In this document: positions 30,045 to 39,244 of the stretch, piece after piece
How positions within the stretch are numbered: position 1 is the stretch's first letter
Layout of the letters: every line of letters begins with the position of its first letter
NCBI GenBank assembly: GCA_963754315.1
Contig: CAVWFS010000008.1
Coordinates: forward strand, 160,001-224,000
Direction of reading: 5' to 3'
DNA from: an uncultured Candidatus Rokubacteria bacterium
Lineage (GTDB): Bacteria > Methylomirabilota > Methylomirabilia > Rokubacteriales > CSP1-6
DNA length: 64,000 nt
Made by a program: the position numbers and the translations under genes
The notes under the pieces: model-generated
Told to the model about the DNA's origin: nothing
What the model saw: only the letters and a program-made list of their open reading frames with translations
Databases searched by the model: none

Positions 30045-32440
30045 CGACCCGTATCCACGGCTACTGCGCCCTGTGCCGCTCGCGCTGCGGTTGTGTCTCG
30101 GTCGTCGAGGACGGGCGCCTCACCGCCGTCGAGCCCGATCCGGAGCACCCGACAGGCCGCGCGCTGTGCGCCAAGGGCCGAGCGGCGCCGCAGCTCGTCG
30201 AGCATCCCGAGCGCCTTCTCTATCCGCTCCGGCGGACCCGCCCGAAGGGCGACGCCGATCCGGGCTGGAACCGGATCTCCTGGGATGAAGCGCTCGAAGT
30301 GGTGGCCAGCGCGCTTCGGCGCCTGGCCGACACGTCCGGCCCGGAAAGCGTGGCCTTCTCGGTGACATCGCCGAGCGGCACCGCCATCTCCGACGCCGCA
30401 CCCTGGATCGATCGGCTCATGAACGCCTTCGGCACCCCCAACAACTGCTACGGGACCGAGATCTGTAACTGGCACAAGGACCATGCCGCGCGGTTCACGT
30501 TCGGCCACGGCGTGGCGGCGCCGGATTTCGACCACACGGGCTGCATTCTCTACTGGGGCCACAACCCGAGCACCTCGTGGCTCACCCACGCCACCGGTGC
30601 CGTGGCCGCCCGCGCGCGCGGCGCCCGCTTGATCGTCGTCGACCCGCGTCGGGCGGGGCTCGCCGCCAAGGCGGATCTCTGGCTCCGGGTGCGTCCTGGC
30701 ACCGACGGCGCCCTCGCCCTGGCTATCGCGGGGACAATGATCGAGGCCGGGTGGTTCGATCGCGACTTCGTGCGCGAGTTCTCCAACGGCCCGTTCCTGG
30801 TTCGGGCCGACACCGGACGGTTTCTCACGGAGGGAGATCTGCGGGGCGAGGGCCCGGCAGGTCGGTGGCTTGCCTGGGACGTCCAGGCCGAAAAGCCAGT
30901 AGCCCTTGACCGGGTGACGGGGCGATATCAGGCGTCGGTGCAGAACCTGGCTCTCTTCGGGCGCTACCGTATCCCAACCGCCGCTGGCGAGATCGACTGC
31001 AGTACGGCCTTCCAGCTCTATGCTGAACTGTGCCGACGCTATCCTCCGGACCAGGCGGAGCAGATCACATGGGTGCCGGCCGCTCAGATCCGCGAGGCGG
31101 CGCGGCTTCTCTGGGAGGCCCGGCCGGTGTCGTACTACGCGTGGACGGGCATTGGACAGTCGACAAACGCCACGCAGACGGATCGAGCGCTCTCTCTGCT
31201 CTATGCGCTCACAGGGAGCGTTGACGTTCGTGGCGGCAACGTGTCTTTTCCCAAGGTGCCGACACCGGACGTCACCGGTGCCGAACTGATACGAGCCGAG
31301 CAGCGCGCCAAGGCCCTTGGCCTCGCCGCTCGTCCGCTGGGCCCGCCGCGCTCAGGGTGGATCACGTCCGACGATCTCTACCGCGCCATTCTCGAGGGCA
31401 ACCCCTACCGTGTGCGCGGCCTCGTCGGGTTCGGCGCCAACCTGCTCGTCTCCCACGCCGACGTGCTGCGTGGGCGCGCCGCTCTCGCCGCGCTCGACTT
31501 CTTCGTCCACCTTGATCTCTTCATGACGCCGACGGCCGCCTTGGCCGACATCGTGCTGCCCGTCAGCAGCGCCTGGGAGCACGCAAACCTCAAGATCGGC
31601 TTCGAGGTCAGCGCCAAGGCCGAGTCGCTCGTGCAGCTTCGGTCCCGGGTGGTGGCTCCTCGAGGTGAAGCTCGATCCGACGCTGCCATTGTCTTTGCCC
31701 TGGCCAAGAAGCTGGGCCTGGGTGCTCACTTCTGGGATGGCGACCTCGAGGCAGCATGGACGTATCAGCTCGGCCCTTCCGGGCTCACGCTCGACGAGCT
31801 TCGAGAGTCACCACGCGGTCTCGAGGTACCGCTCGAGATTCGCCATCGCGCGGATGCGACGGATACGGATGGGGATAAGAGCGGCTTTCCCACGCCGAGC
31901 GGCAAAATCGAGATCTACTCGGAAGTCCTCCTGGAGCACGGCTACCAGCCCTTGCCCGAGTACGTGGAGCCGCTCGTGGGGCCGGTGGCCCGGCCCGACC
32001 TCGCGGTCCGCTACCCCCTCGTCCTGACGTGCGCCAAGATTCCCGAGTTTTGTCACAGCCAGCACCGGGGCTTGCCGGGCCTCCGCCGCCTGGTGCGCGA
32101 TCCGCAAGTCGAGATCCATCCGTCGGCGGCCGCTGCCCGCGACGTTGCAAACGGGGATTGGGTGGTCATTGAAACACCAGATGGACGAATACGTGCCCGC
32201 GCTCGCTTCAACGAGAGCCTCGACCCGCGGGTCGTCTCAGGCCAGCATGGCTGGTGGCAGGGCTGTGGCCCGCTGAACGCCCCCTCCTACGATCCGTTTA
32301 GCGCCGAGGGCGCCAACTACAATCTCCTCATCGGCAATACTGCCTTCGACCCGATCAGCGGCTCCGTACCCCACCGTGCCTACCTCTGCGAAGTCTTTCG
32401 TGATTCGGGCGTGCGCCAAGCGGAACATCGCCCATCCTGA
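30041..32440 (+). CDS. DMSO-reductase-family molybdopterin oxidoreductase, cytoplasmic, with N-terminal 4Fe-4S site
   Basis: CALCRSRC...LCAKG, RISWDEAL, VVDPR, RPGTDGALAL, ADIVLP, TPSGKIE, HSQHR, C-terminal barrel; no Tat leader. Confidence 0.9.
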   Translation: MTTRIHGYCALCRSRCGCVSVVEDGRLTAVEPDPEHPTGRALCAKGRAAPQLVEHPERLLYPLRRTRPKGDADPGWNRISWDEALEVVASALRRLADTSGPESVAFSVTSPSGTAISDAAPWIDRLMNAFGTPNNCYGTEICNWHKDHAARFTFGHGVAAPDFDHTGCILYWGHNPSTSWLTHATGAVAARARGARLIVVDPRRAGLAAKADLWLRVRPGTDGALALAIAGTMIEAGWFDRDFVREFSNGPFLVRADTGRFLTEGDLRGEGPAGRWLAWDVQAEKPVALDRVTGRYQASVQNLALFGRYRIPTAAGEIDCSTAFQLYAELCRRYPPDQAEQITWVPAAQIREAARLLWEARPVSYYAWTGIGQSTNATQTDRALSLLYALTGSVDVRGGNVSFPKVPTPDVTGAELIRAEQRAKALGLAARPLGPPRSGWITSDDLYRAILEGNPYRVRGLVGFGANLLVSHADVLRGRAALAALDFFVHLDLFMTPTAALADIVLPVSSAWEHANLKIGFEVSAKAESLVQLRSRVVAPRGEARSDAAIVFALAKKLGLGAHFWDGDLEAAWTYQLGPSGLTLDELRESPRGLEVPLEIRHRADATDTDGDKSGFPTPSGKIEIYSEVLLEHGYQPLPEYVEPLVGPVARPDLAVRYPLVLTCAKIPEFCHSQHRGLPGLRRLVRDPQVEIHPSAAAARDVANGDWVVIETPDGRIRARARFNESLDPRVVSGQHGWWQGCGPLNAPSYDPFSAEGANYNLLIGNTAFDPISGSVPHRAYLCEVFRDSGVRQAEHRPS

Positions 32441-32488
32441 GGTCGATCCTCTGGGCGGGCGGACGCAGCCGCTCGGTGTGTACTGGCC

Positions 32489-34540
32489 TCAGCCGGTGGC
32501 CAGACCACCCGGGATCGAGGGCATGGGCAGCGGGTAGATCTCGACCGTATCGCCCGGCTCGACGCCCAGCATGCGCCTGCCGATCGTGTCGAGCGGGATG
32601 ACCTCGCGATTGGGCGCTGTCGTTTCCTCCTTGATCCAGGCACGTAGCGGCGCTGGATGTCGACCGCGCAGCTCGACCAGGCCGCCCGACTCGAGTCCCA
32701 TCTGCCGCATCAGGTCGAACGCCAGACGCAAGACACGATGCTTACCGCGCTTGCCCTCGTACGGATCGCGCTCGTCGGCCTGGACTGGAACACGGCGCCG
32801 ACGGGCCGCGAGAGCCGCCCGCTGCGTGCGGGTGGCATCAGCATCGACCTCACCGCTGGCCGTGAAGACGACGCCATACCCGTCGCGGGCGCGGGCGAAC
32901 GACACGTAGCCGGCCTGTACGTCCGCCAGCACGCGCGCGGGCTCGCGCTCGAGCGGATCACCGAAGCCGCCGCCTCCGGCCGACCGCATGCTGACAATGT
33001 CACCGGCATAGATCAGATGACCGGTCGCCTTGCCAGGGGTCGGGAGATTGGACTCGGCATCATCTCTGAGGACTGAGACGCTGACGGGGGCGGCCGCTCC
33101 TGCGCCACCCATGCCGAAGGGGGGCAGCACGGCTCGATCACTGAGGACCGAGTAACGCGCTTCGCCCGAGAGTAAGCGCAGGTCCCGCCGCAGCCCGAGC
33201 CCGCCCCGGGTGGCTCCCTCGCCGCCAGAGTCCGGCCGGAGTTCGCTGCGATCCACGAGGAGTGGGGTTCCGCTCTCGAGCGCTTCTGCCGACTGGATCG
33301 TCCGCACGTTCCCGAAGTCGATGTTGCCCCAGGCGCTCGCTCCGTCGCCCTCGCGGTAGGCCCCGTTGCCGCCGGCCGGCGCCTCGTAGTACACAAAGTC
33401 GCGTTGCCGCCCCTCGTCTCGGCCGCCGATCGCGTTCGGGAAAGAGGTGCCGCAGAGATCGCCGCACACCAGGTCGGGAACGATCTGAGCGAGGGCGCCC
33501 AGAATGACCGAGACCGCGCGCTTGCGAACCTCGCCGTGGGCGCCGGCCGGAGCATCGAGCTTCACGTCGACGATCGAGGCTGGCGGTGCCTGCAGCCGAA
33601 TGGGTCTGAACGTGCCGTGGTTGATCGGTCCCTCGGGATCGAGGGCGGCCTTCACCGCCACCACGACGCCGGCCCCTACAGTGGCCAACGTAGAGTTGAC
33701 GACACCAGGCACCTGCGCGTTCGATCCGGCAAAATCGGCCACGATCTCGTCGTGCTTCTTCGTCAAGGTCAAGCGCATGAGAACCGGATCGAAGCGGCCA
33801 TTCTCGTAGAACTCGAGATAGTCCTCGTAGACGTACTCCCCGTCGGGCAGGGTGGCGATCCGAGCCCGCAGGCGCCGCTCGGAGCGATCGAGGTTCAACG
33901 CGATGCAGTCGAGCACGGTCTTCTTGCCGTAGCGCGCCAGGAGCTTCCGGATGCGAGTCTCGGCCACCCGGCAGGCGCCGAGGGAGGCGTTGAAGTCGCC
34001 TTGCCGATCGTCGGGCAGCCGCATGTTGGCGAGAAGCAAGGTCATGGCCGCTCGGTTAAGTTGCCCCTCCTCGAGGATCTTGATGGGCGGGATGCGGACG
34101 CCCTCCTGGTAGACGTTCGTGTTGAGGCCGGAATAGCTGCCCGGCGCGCTGCCGCCCACGTCTGCCCAGTGCGCGCGCACAGCGGGGAAGATGAGCAACT
34201 CGCCGCCGTCGAACAGGGGGTAGAGCATCGTCACGTCGTTCAAATGCGTTCCGCCGCGATAGGCGTCGTTCAGGAGCACGACGTCGCCCGCTCGAAGGTC
34301 ACCTTCGAAGTCCTCCATGGCACAGCGCACGGACCACGGCATGGGCAGCACGTGGCCGGGATGGTCCTCGGACTGGGCGATCATCTGCCCGTGGGGATCG
34401 AACAGCGCGCAGGAGAAGTCGTCCATGTCCCAGATCACGGGCGAATACGAGGCGCGAATGACCGTCGCGCGCATCTCGCGCACGATGGCGATGAGGCCCT
34501 CGCAGATGACTTCCAGGGTGATGGGATCGACGTGAGTCAT
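32489..34540 (-). CDS. Hydantoinase B/oxoprolinase family protein with extra C-terminal domain
   Basis: DPITLEVI, DFSCALFD, ND(A)YRGGTHLND, AHWADVGG, QEGVRIPP, DSGGEG..RGGLG, GGGGFGDPLER. Confidence 0.92.
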   Translation of the reverse strand: MTHVDPITLEVICEGLIAIVREMRATVIRASYSPVIWDMDDFSCALFDPHGQMIAQSEDHPGHVLPMPWSVRCAMEDFEGDLRAGDVVLLNDAYRGGTHLNDVTMLYPLFDGGELLIFPAVRAHWADVGGSAPGSYSGLNTNVYQEGVRIPPIKILEEGQLNRAAMTLLLANMRLPDDRQGDFNASLGACRVAETRIRKLLARYGKKTVLDCIALNLDRSERRLRARIATLPDGEYVYEDYLEFYENGRFDPVLMRLTLTKKHDEIVADFAGSNAQVPGVVNSTLATVGAGVVVAVKAALDPEGPINHGTFRPIRLQAPPASIVDVKLDAPAGAHGEVRKRAVSVILGALAQIVPDLVCGDLCGTSFPNAIGGRDEGRQRDFVYYEAPAGGNGAYREGDGASAWGNIDFGNVRTIQSAEALESGTPLLVDRSELRPDSGGEGATRGGLGLRRDLRLLSGEARYSVLSDRAVLPPFGMGGAGAAAPVSVSVLRDDAESNLPTPGKATGHLIYAGDIVSMRSAGGGGFGDPLEREPARVLADVQAGYVSFARARDGYGVVFTASGEVDADATRTQRAALAARRRRVPVQADERDPYEGKRGKHRVLRLAFDLMRQMGLESGGLVELRGRHPAPLRAWIKEETTAPNREVIPLDTIGRRMLGVEPGDTVEIYPLPMPSIPGGLATG

Positions 34541-34578
34541 CGCGGCACCTCAACCTTCTCCAGCCGGAATTTGAGCGG

Positions 34579-35331
34579 TCACTGGGCGGTCCAGCCCCCG
34601 TCGATGACCAGTTCGCTACCCGTCACGAACGATGCCTCGTCCGACGCGAGGTAGAGAACGCCGAGGGCAACCTCCTCCGGCTGGCCGTAGCGCCCGAGCG
34701 GGATGCGCGAGAGCGTCAGTCGGAGCTGTTCAGGGTCTGCGCGCCGCTTCTCCGTCATTGCCGTCACGATCGGACCGGGGTGAACGGAGTTCGCCCGGAT
34801 GCCCTCCTTCGCGTACTGGATGGCCGTGGCCTTGGTGAGCAGACGCACGGCGCCCTTGGACGCCTGGTACTGGGGGCTCGAGTTGTCGGTGCCCACCAGC
34901 CCGAGCTGGGAGGAGATGTTGACGATCGATCCGCCCCCCGCCCGCCGCAGGGCCGGGATGACGGCACGCGTGCCGAGGAACACGCCGGTGGCGTTGACGG
35001 CCATGATGCGCTCCCACTGCTCGAGGGTTGTATCCTCGATACGGTTCCCACCTCCGATGCCCGCGTTGTTCACGAGCACATCGAGGCGGCCGTAGAGGTG
35101 CTCCGCTGTCGCCACCGCGCCCTCCCAGTCCGCCTCGCGGGTGACGTCGAGGGTGACGAACGTCGCCGCGCCGCCGGCGGCCTGGATCTCTTCCTGCACG
35201 GCCTTGCCGTCGGCCTCGAGGATGTCGCCGAGAACGACACGCGCCCCTTCGCTCGCGAAGAGACGCGCTTCCACTGCGCCCATCCCGCGCGCCCCGCCGC
35301 TGATGAGGGCGACCTTGCCTGCGAGTCTCAT
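34579..35331 (-). CDS. Classical SDR oxidoreductase (3-alpha,20-beta-HSD/cyclopentanol dehydrogenase-like)
   Basis: GGARGMG, NNAG, YQASK, HPG, IDGG. Confidence 0.92.
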   Translation of the reverse strand: MRLAGKVALISGGARGMGAVEARLFASEGARVVLGDILEADGKAVQEEIQAAGGAATFVTLDVTREADWEGAVATAEHLYGRLDVLVNNAGIGGGNRIEDTTLEQWERIMAVNATGVFLGTRAVIPALRRAGGGSIVNISSQLGLVGTDNSSPQYQASKGAVRLLTKATAIQYAKEGIRANSVHPGPIVTAMTEKRRADPEQLRLTLSRIPLGRYGQPEEVALGVLYLASDEASFVTGSELVIDGGWTAQ

Positions 35332-37367
35332 ATGCTCCTCCGAGTCAGTGTGATCTCACCGGCCATTCCCACCGCGGCTGTCCACCCGGGCGGAATGACC
35401 GTCGTCGCTCCCATCTCCTCGACGATGGCCGGGCCTTCGAACGGTACTACGCCAGGAAGCCGGTCACGCCGGTAGACCGACGTCGGCATGCGCTCCCCTC
35501 CGAAGATGACCTGACGTACGGCGGGCTGTGCCGCGCCCGCCGTTCCCGACGCGGCCCAGCGAGGAAACGCCGGCTTCGGAATCGCCCCGATCGCGGTGAG
35601 CCGCACGTTGACGATCTCGATGGGACCGTCGGTGGCGTGACCGTATCGACGCTGGTGCGCTTGCCCGAAGGCCGTCTCCAGGACACGCATGGTGTCGGCA
35701 CCCGCCGGCATCTTGACCAGAAGCTCCCACGACTGGCCGACATAGCGCATCCCAAGGGTCCGCGAGAACGAGATGTGCTCTGGGCTGATCCCGGCCACCT
35801 CAAGATCTTCCCGTGCCTCCCGCTGGAGCTCCTCGAATACGTGCTCGATCCCCTTCAGGGTTTCGCCCCGCGTGGGTGTCAGGCGAGTTCTCACGTAGTC
35901 TCGCCGGAGATCGGAGATCAGCGCTCCGAAGGCCGAAAAGTTGCCCGGAGCCGGAGCGATGATGACGCGAGGGATGTCCAGCTCCTCGGCCACGAACGCC
36001 GCATGCATGGGCCCGGCGCCGCCGTAGGCCAGCAGTACGAAGTCCCGGGGGTCGTGGCCCTTGGCGATGGAGATCTCCTTGATCGCGCTCACCATGCGTG
36101 CCACGGCGATGCGGATGATGCCCTCGGCCAGCGCCTCCTCGCCGGAGAGTCCCGCCACACGCCCCAGGAGAGCCCCGAGGGCGTCCCGAGCCAGCTCCTC
36201 ATTGAGCTTGACCACCCCGGCCAGTGGCACCGCCGGCGCCACTCGGTGCAGGACGATATTAGCGTCGGTGATGGTTGGCTCGGTGCCTCCGCGCGCGTAG
36301 CAGGCGGGGCCCGGAATGGCGCCTGCGCTTCGGGGCCCGACCCGGAGAGCCCCCGCCGCGTCTAGCCAGGCGATACTCCCCCCGCCGGCGCCGATCGAGT
36401 TGATCTCGATCTGCGGCGTCCGATTGGGGAGGCCGGCGATGTGCTGCTCGGTGGTGAGCGAGGGTTCGAGATCCTCCACGAGACACACGTCCGTACTCGT
36501 GCCGCCCATGTCATAGGTGATGAGGTTCGGACAGCCGATCAGTCGTCCCAGGCTCACCGCTGCGGCAACTCCACCCGCCGGCCCTGATAGGACGGTGTGA
36601 ACGGGGAAGCGAGCGGCGAGGTCGGAGCTCATGATGCCGCCGCTCGAGGTGGTGATGTAGACACGACCGGCGTAGCCGCGCCCCGCGAGCGCCTGACCCA
36701 GACGTGACAGATAGCCGCCCACCTTGGGACCGATGTACGCGTTGAGCGCGGCCGTGCTGAACCGTTCGTACTCCCTCATCTCCGGCAGGACCTCGGCCGA
36801 CGTGCAGACGAACCAGCCCGGCAACATGTGGTGAGCCATTGCAGCGGCTCGTCGCTCGTGGGTCGGGTTCGCGTAGCTATGAAGGAAGCCGACCACGAGG
36901 GCGGCCGCGTCCTCGCCATCGGCGGCGGCGCAGATGCGTCCCAGCGCGTCGCGCAGGTCGCCGTCGCGCAACTCCTGGCGGACCGTGCCATCGGCCAGGA
37001 CCCGCTCGTCGACCTCGACGACGCGTGGACGCGGTACGGGTGAAGCCGGCTTGAGAGCCCGGATATCGTAGAGCACCGTCCGATTGGTTCGGGCGATCTC
37101 GAGTGTGTCGCGAAAGCCGCGAGTGGTGAGCATCCATACCCGAGCGCCTGCCCGCTCGAGGATCGCGTTGGTGCCGATGGTGGTGCCGTGGACGATCCGA
37201 CTCGTTGTCCGGAGATCGACGGCGAGCGGGGTCAGCGCAGCGAGAATCCCAGTGGTCGGATCGAGCGGGTTCGTCGGTGATTTCCCGAGGGTCAGGGCAC
37301 CGCCGTCCTCGTCATAGAGGACGACGTCGGTGAACGTCCCGCCCACGTCGATCCCGAGCCACAGCAT
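35328..37367 (-). CDS. Hydantoinase A/oxoprolinase family protein (ATP-binding subunit)
   Basis: IDVGGTFTD, HGTT, REYER, SGPAGG, DMGGTSTD, GAGGGS, GPRSAGA. Confidence 0.93.
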   Translation of the reverse strand: MLWLGIDVGGTFTDVVLYDEDGGALTLGKSPTNPLDPTTGILAALTPLAVDLRTTSRIVHGTTIGTNAILERAGARVWMLTTRGFRDTLEIARTNRTVLYDIRALKPASPVPRPRVVEVDERVLADGTVRQELRDGDLRDALGRICAAADGEDAAALVVGFLHSYANPTHERRAAAMAHHMLPGWFVCTSAEVLPEMREYERFSTAALNAYIGPKVGGYLSRLGQALAGRGYAGRVYITTSSGGIMSSDLAARFPVHTVLSGPAGGVAAAVSLGRLIGCPNLITYDMGGTSTDVCLVEDLEPSLTTEQHIAGLPNRTPQIEINSIGAGGGSIAWLDAAGALRVGPRSAGAIPGPACYARGGTEPTITDANIVLHRVAPAVPLAGVVKLNEELARDALGALLGRVAGLSGEEALAEGIIRIAVARMVSAIKEISIAKGHDPRDFVLLAYGGAGPMHAAFVAEELDIPRVIIAPAPGNFSAFGALISDLRRDYVRTRLTPTRGETLKGIEHVFEELQREAREDLEVAGISPEHISFSRTLGMRYVGQSWELLVKMPAGADTMRVLETAFGQAHQRRYGHATDGPIEIVNVRLTAIGAIPKPAFPRWAASGTAGAAQPAVRQVIFGGERMPTSVYRRDRLPGVVPFEGPAIVEEMGATTVIPPGWTAAVGMAGEITLTRRSI

Positions 37368-37376
37368 CGTGCCCGC

Positions 37377-37745
37377 TCAGCCGAGCGCGCCGAGGCGAAC
37401 AATGGTTCGCCGGAGTGTGCCCTCGGCGATCTTCTCGCGGCTGTTGTGGGCCTCCACCGTGAACAGGAGGTGGCTGCCCTCGACGGCGCACAATTCTGCC
37501 ACCACCGTGAACCGCTCTCCAAGCGGCGTGGGCCGCCGGTGCCGGATAGAGATCTCGAAGCCGACCGTCGTCAGGTCAGGGAGCAGAAAGGACTCAGTCG
37601 CCTCCTGCGCTGCCAATTCCATCTCCATGATCATCGACGGCGCGGTCAGGATGCGGCGGCCGCCCACGTGCGCCGTGGTCATCGACTCCGTCACCACGAC
37701 CTGCCGTTCGCCCCGAAGACCGGGTCGGATATCAGAGACGCTCAT
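37377..37745 (-). CDS. Hotdog-fold thioesterase (fluoroacetyl-CoA thioesterase FlK-like)
   Basis: ILTAPSMIMEME, TTVG...IRHRRPTPLG, IAEGT..R; 122 aa. Confidence 0.8.
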   Translation of the reverse strand: MSVSDIRPGLRGERQVVVTESMTTAHVGGRRILTAPSMIMEMELAAQEATESFLLPDLTTVGFEISIRHRRPTPLGERFTVVAELCAVEGSHLLFTVEAHNSREKIAEGTLRRTIVRLGALG

Positions 37746-37789
37746 GGGCACCTTTCCAAGAGGTCGAGGAGAGCGCGGCCGCTCCCCCG

Positions 37790-37909
37790 TCAATTCTGGA
37801 CGATCTTCGATCCTTTCAAGATGATGTCGCCGGATGCCCGAAGGGCAATGGTGCTTCCTTCGATCGTGATCGTTCCATCCCTCTTCATCAAGATACTCGC
37901 CTGACCGGT
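37790..37909 (-). pseudogene. Remnant resembling the extreme C-terminus of a T6SS VgrG/phage spike protein
   Basis: Minus frame reads TGQASILMKRDGTITIEGSTIALRASGDIILKGSKIVQN*; not in the ORF track. Confidence 0.55.
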
Positions 37910-37935
37910 TGACCTCCTCGTGCGTGGTACTCGGG

Positions 37936-39156
37936 TCAGGTGGGATCGGCGCGATGGTCGGCCACGATGCGGCCGTCCTTGAGCACGAGCATGAGCGAGC
38001 GAACGTTGTCGACGTCATCGAGTGGATTATCTCGAACCACGATCAGATCGGCCCGCTTGCCTCTTTCCACGGTCCCGACCTCGTCAGCGACACCACTGGC
38101 CTCCGCCGCGTGCTTGGTGGCGGCCTGAAGGGCTTGCCAGGGGGTAGCCCCACTCTTCACCCACAGCCCCAGTTCCAGGAGCGCGCCCTCCCGGACGGGG
38201 CGGACGTCGGAGCCGAGCGCCATCTTGACACCGGCCGCGAGCGCCCGACGAAACCACGTCCGATGCTCGCCCACCGCATCCTCAGCTCGCCTGATCAGGT
38301 CCGGGGTCAGACCGCGCTGCTCGACCCATTGCTTCTCCCACCGTGTGGTGGCCTGGTCCGGCGTCAAGTGCGTGATGCCAAGGGTGGGGACGTACCAGGC
38401 GTCGCGCTCGCGAAGGAGTGCAAGGCACTCGTCGTCCATCGTGTACCCATGCTCCACGGAGTGCGCGCCCCGGCGCAGTGCCGCCTTGACTGCCTCGGGA
38501 TTGGCCGCGTGAGCCATGACCTTGACGCCGCGCTGACGGCAGATGGCGAAAGCGGCCTCCAGCTCGTCCGGCATGAAGAACGAGTGCTGGTGCCGATCCC
38601 ATTCGGGCCCCATGATGCCGCCCGTCAGGTTGAGCTTGATGTGGTCGACGCCAGCCTGGATATGCTCTCGGATCGTGCGCACGAAGCCCAGCGGACCGTC
38701 GCACGGCAGCGCGAATCCTGTGCCCAGGGCGTGGCCAGCGGTGGTGGTGAGAAACCAGCCACACGTGAGCAGGCGCGGACCGACGAGTTGCCCGGCGTCG
38801 AAGGCGCGCTTCAGTGCGACGTCGATGAAGTGTGGCGCTCCTGCCATCCGCATGCCCGTGATGCCGCCCTCGAGCAGGGCCCGCTGGGCATTGGCCAGAT
38901 ATTGCGCGGTCAGCTCGGGCACACTCGCGTGGGGGACGCGAGGCCACTCGAGATGGACGTGCGCGTCCCACAAGCCAGGGAGCACATAGGCGCCCCCGAG
39001 ATCGATGACCCGTGCGCCCCCGGTTACCGGCGATCGGCTCCCCGCTACGACCTCGCCGATGCGATCACCCTCGATGGTGATGCTGGCGCCTTCGGCGATA
39101 CCCGCGGTGACGGCATCGATCAGCTTGGCGTTGGTCAGGACGAGGCGGCTTGGCAC
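37936..39156 (-). CDS. Amidohydrolase family protein (Xaa-Pro dipeptidase-like, metal dependent)
   Basis: PGLWDAHVH, DHIKL, MAHA, SVEHG, GSD, GKRADL; GTG 39156 with GGAGG RBS. Confidence 0.9.
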   Translation of the reverse strand: MPSRLVLTNAKLIDAVTAGIAEGASITIEGDRIGEVVAGSRSPVTGGARVIDLGGAYVLPGLWDAHVHLEWPRVPHASVPELTAQYLANAQRALLEGGITGMRMAGAPHFIDVALKRAFDAGQLVGPRLLTCGWFLTTTAGHALGTGFALPCDGPLGFVRTIREHIQAGVDHIKLNLTGGIMGPEWDRHQHSFFMPDELEAAFAICRQRGVKVMAHAANPEAVKAALRRGAHSVEHGYTMDDECLALLRERDAWYVPTLGITHLTPDQATTRWEKQWVEQRGLTPDLIRRAEDAVGEHRTWFRRALAAGVKMALGSDVRPVREGALLELGLWVKSGATPWQALQAATKHAAEASGVADEVGTVERGKRADLIVVRDNPLDDVDNVRSLMLVLKDGRIVADHRADPT

Positions 39157-39244
39157 CCGTCCTCCATACCCGGAGATTGCCACCGGGGTCAAGGGTCGAT
39201 GTCTGAGGTTGGACCGAGGCGCCACCCCTGCGGTAGCCTACCCC

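Noticed and set aside
30041..32440. Acetylene hydratase, or formate/nitrate reductase
   Set aside because: The Asp13 equivalent is Arg, and there are no partner subunits or diagnostic context.
37790..37909. Functional type VI secretion locus
   Set aside because: Only a 39-codon tail; no other T6SS genes in the window.
37746..38018. N-terminal extension of the thioesterase ORF (213 aa)
   Set aside because: It overlaps the amidohydrolase end and has no hotdog features; the protein-like signal in this gap is in a different frame.
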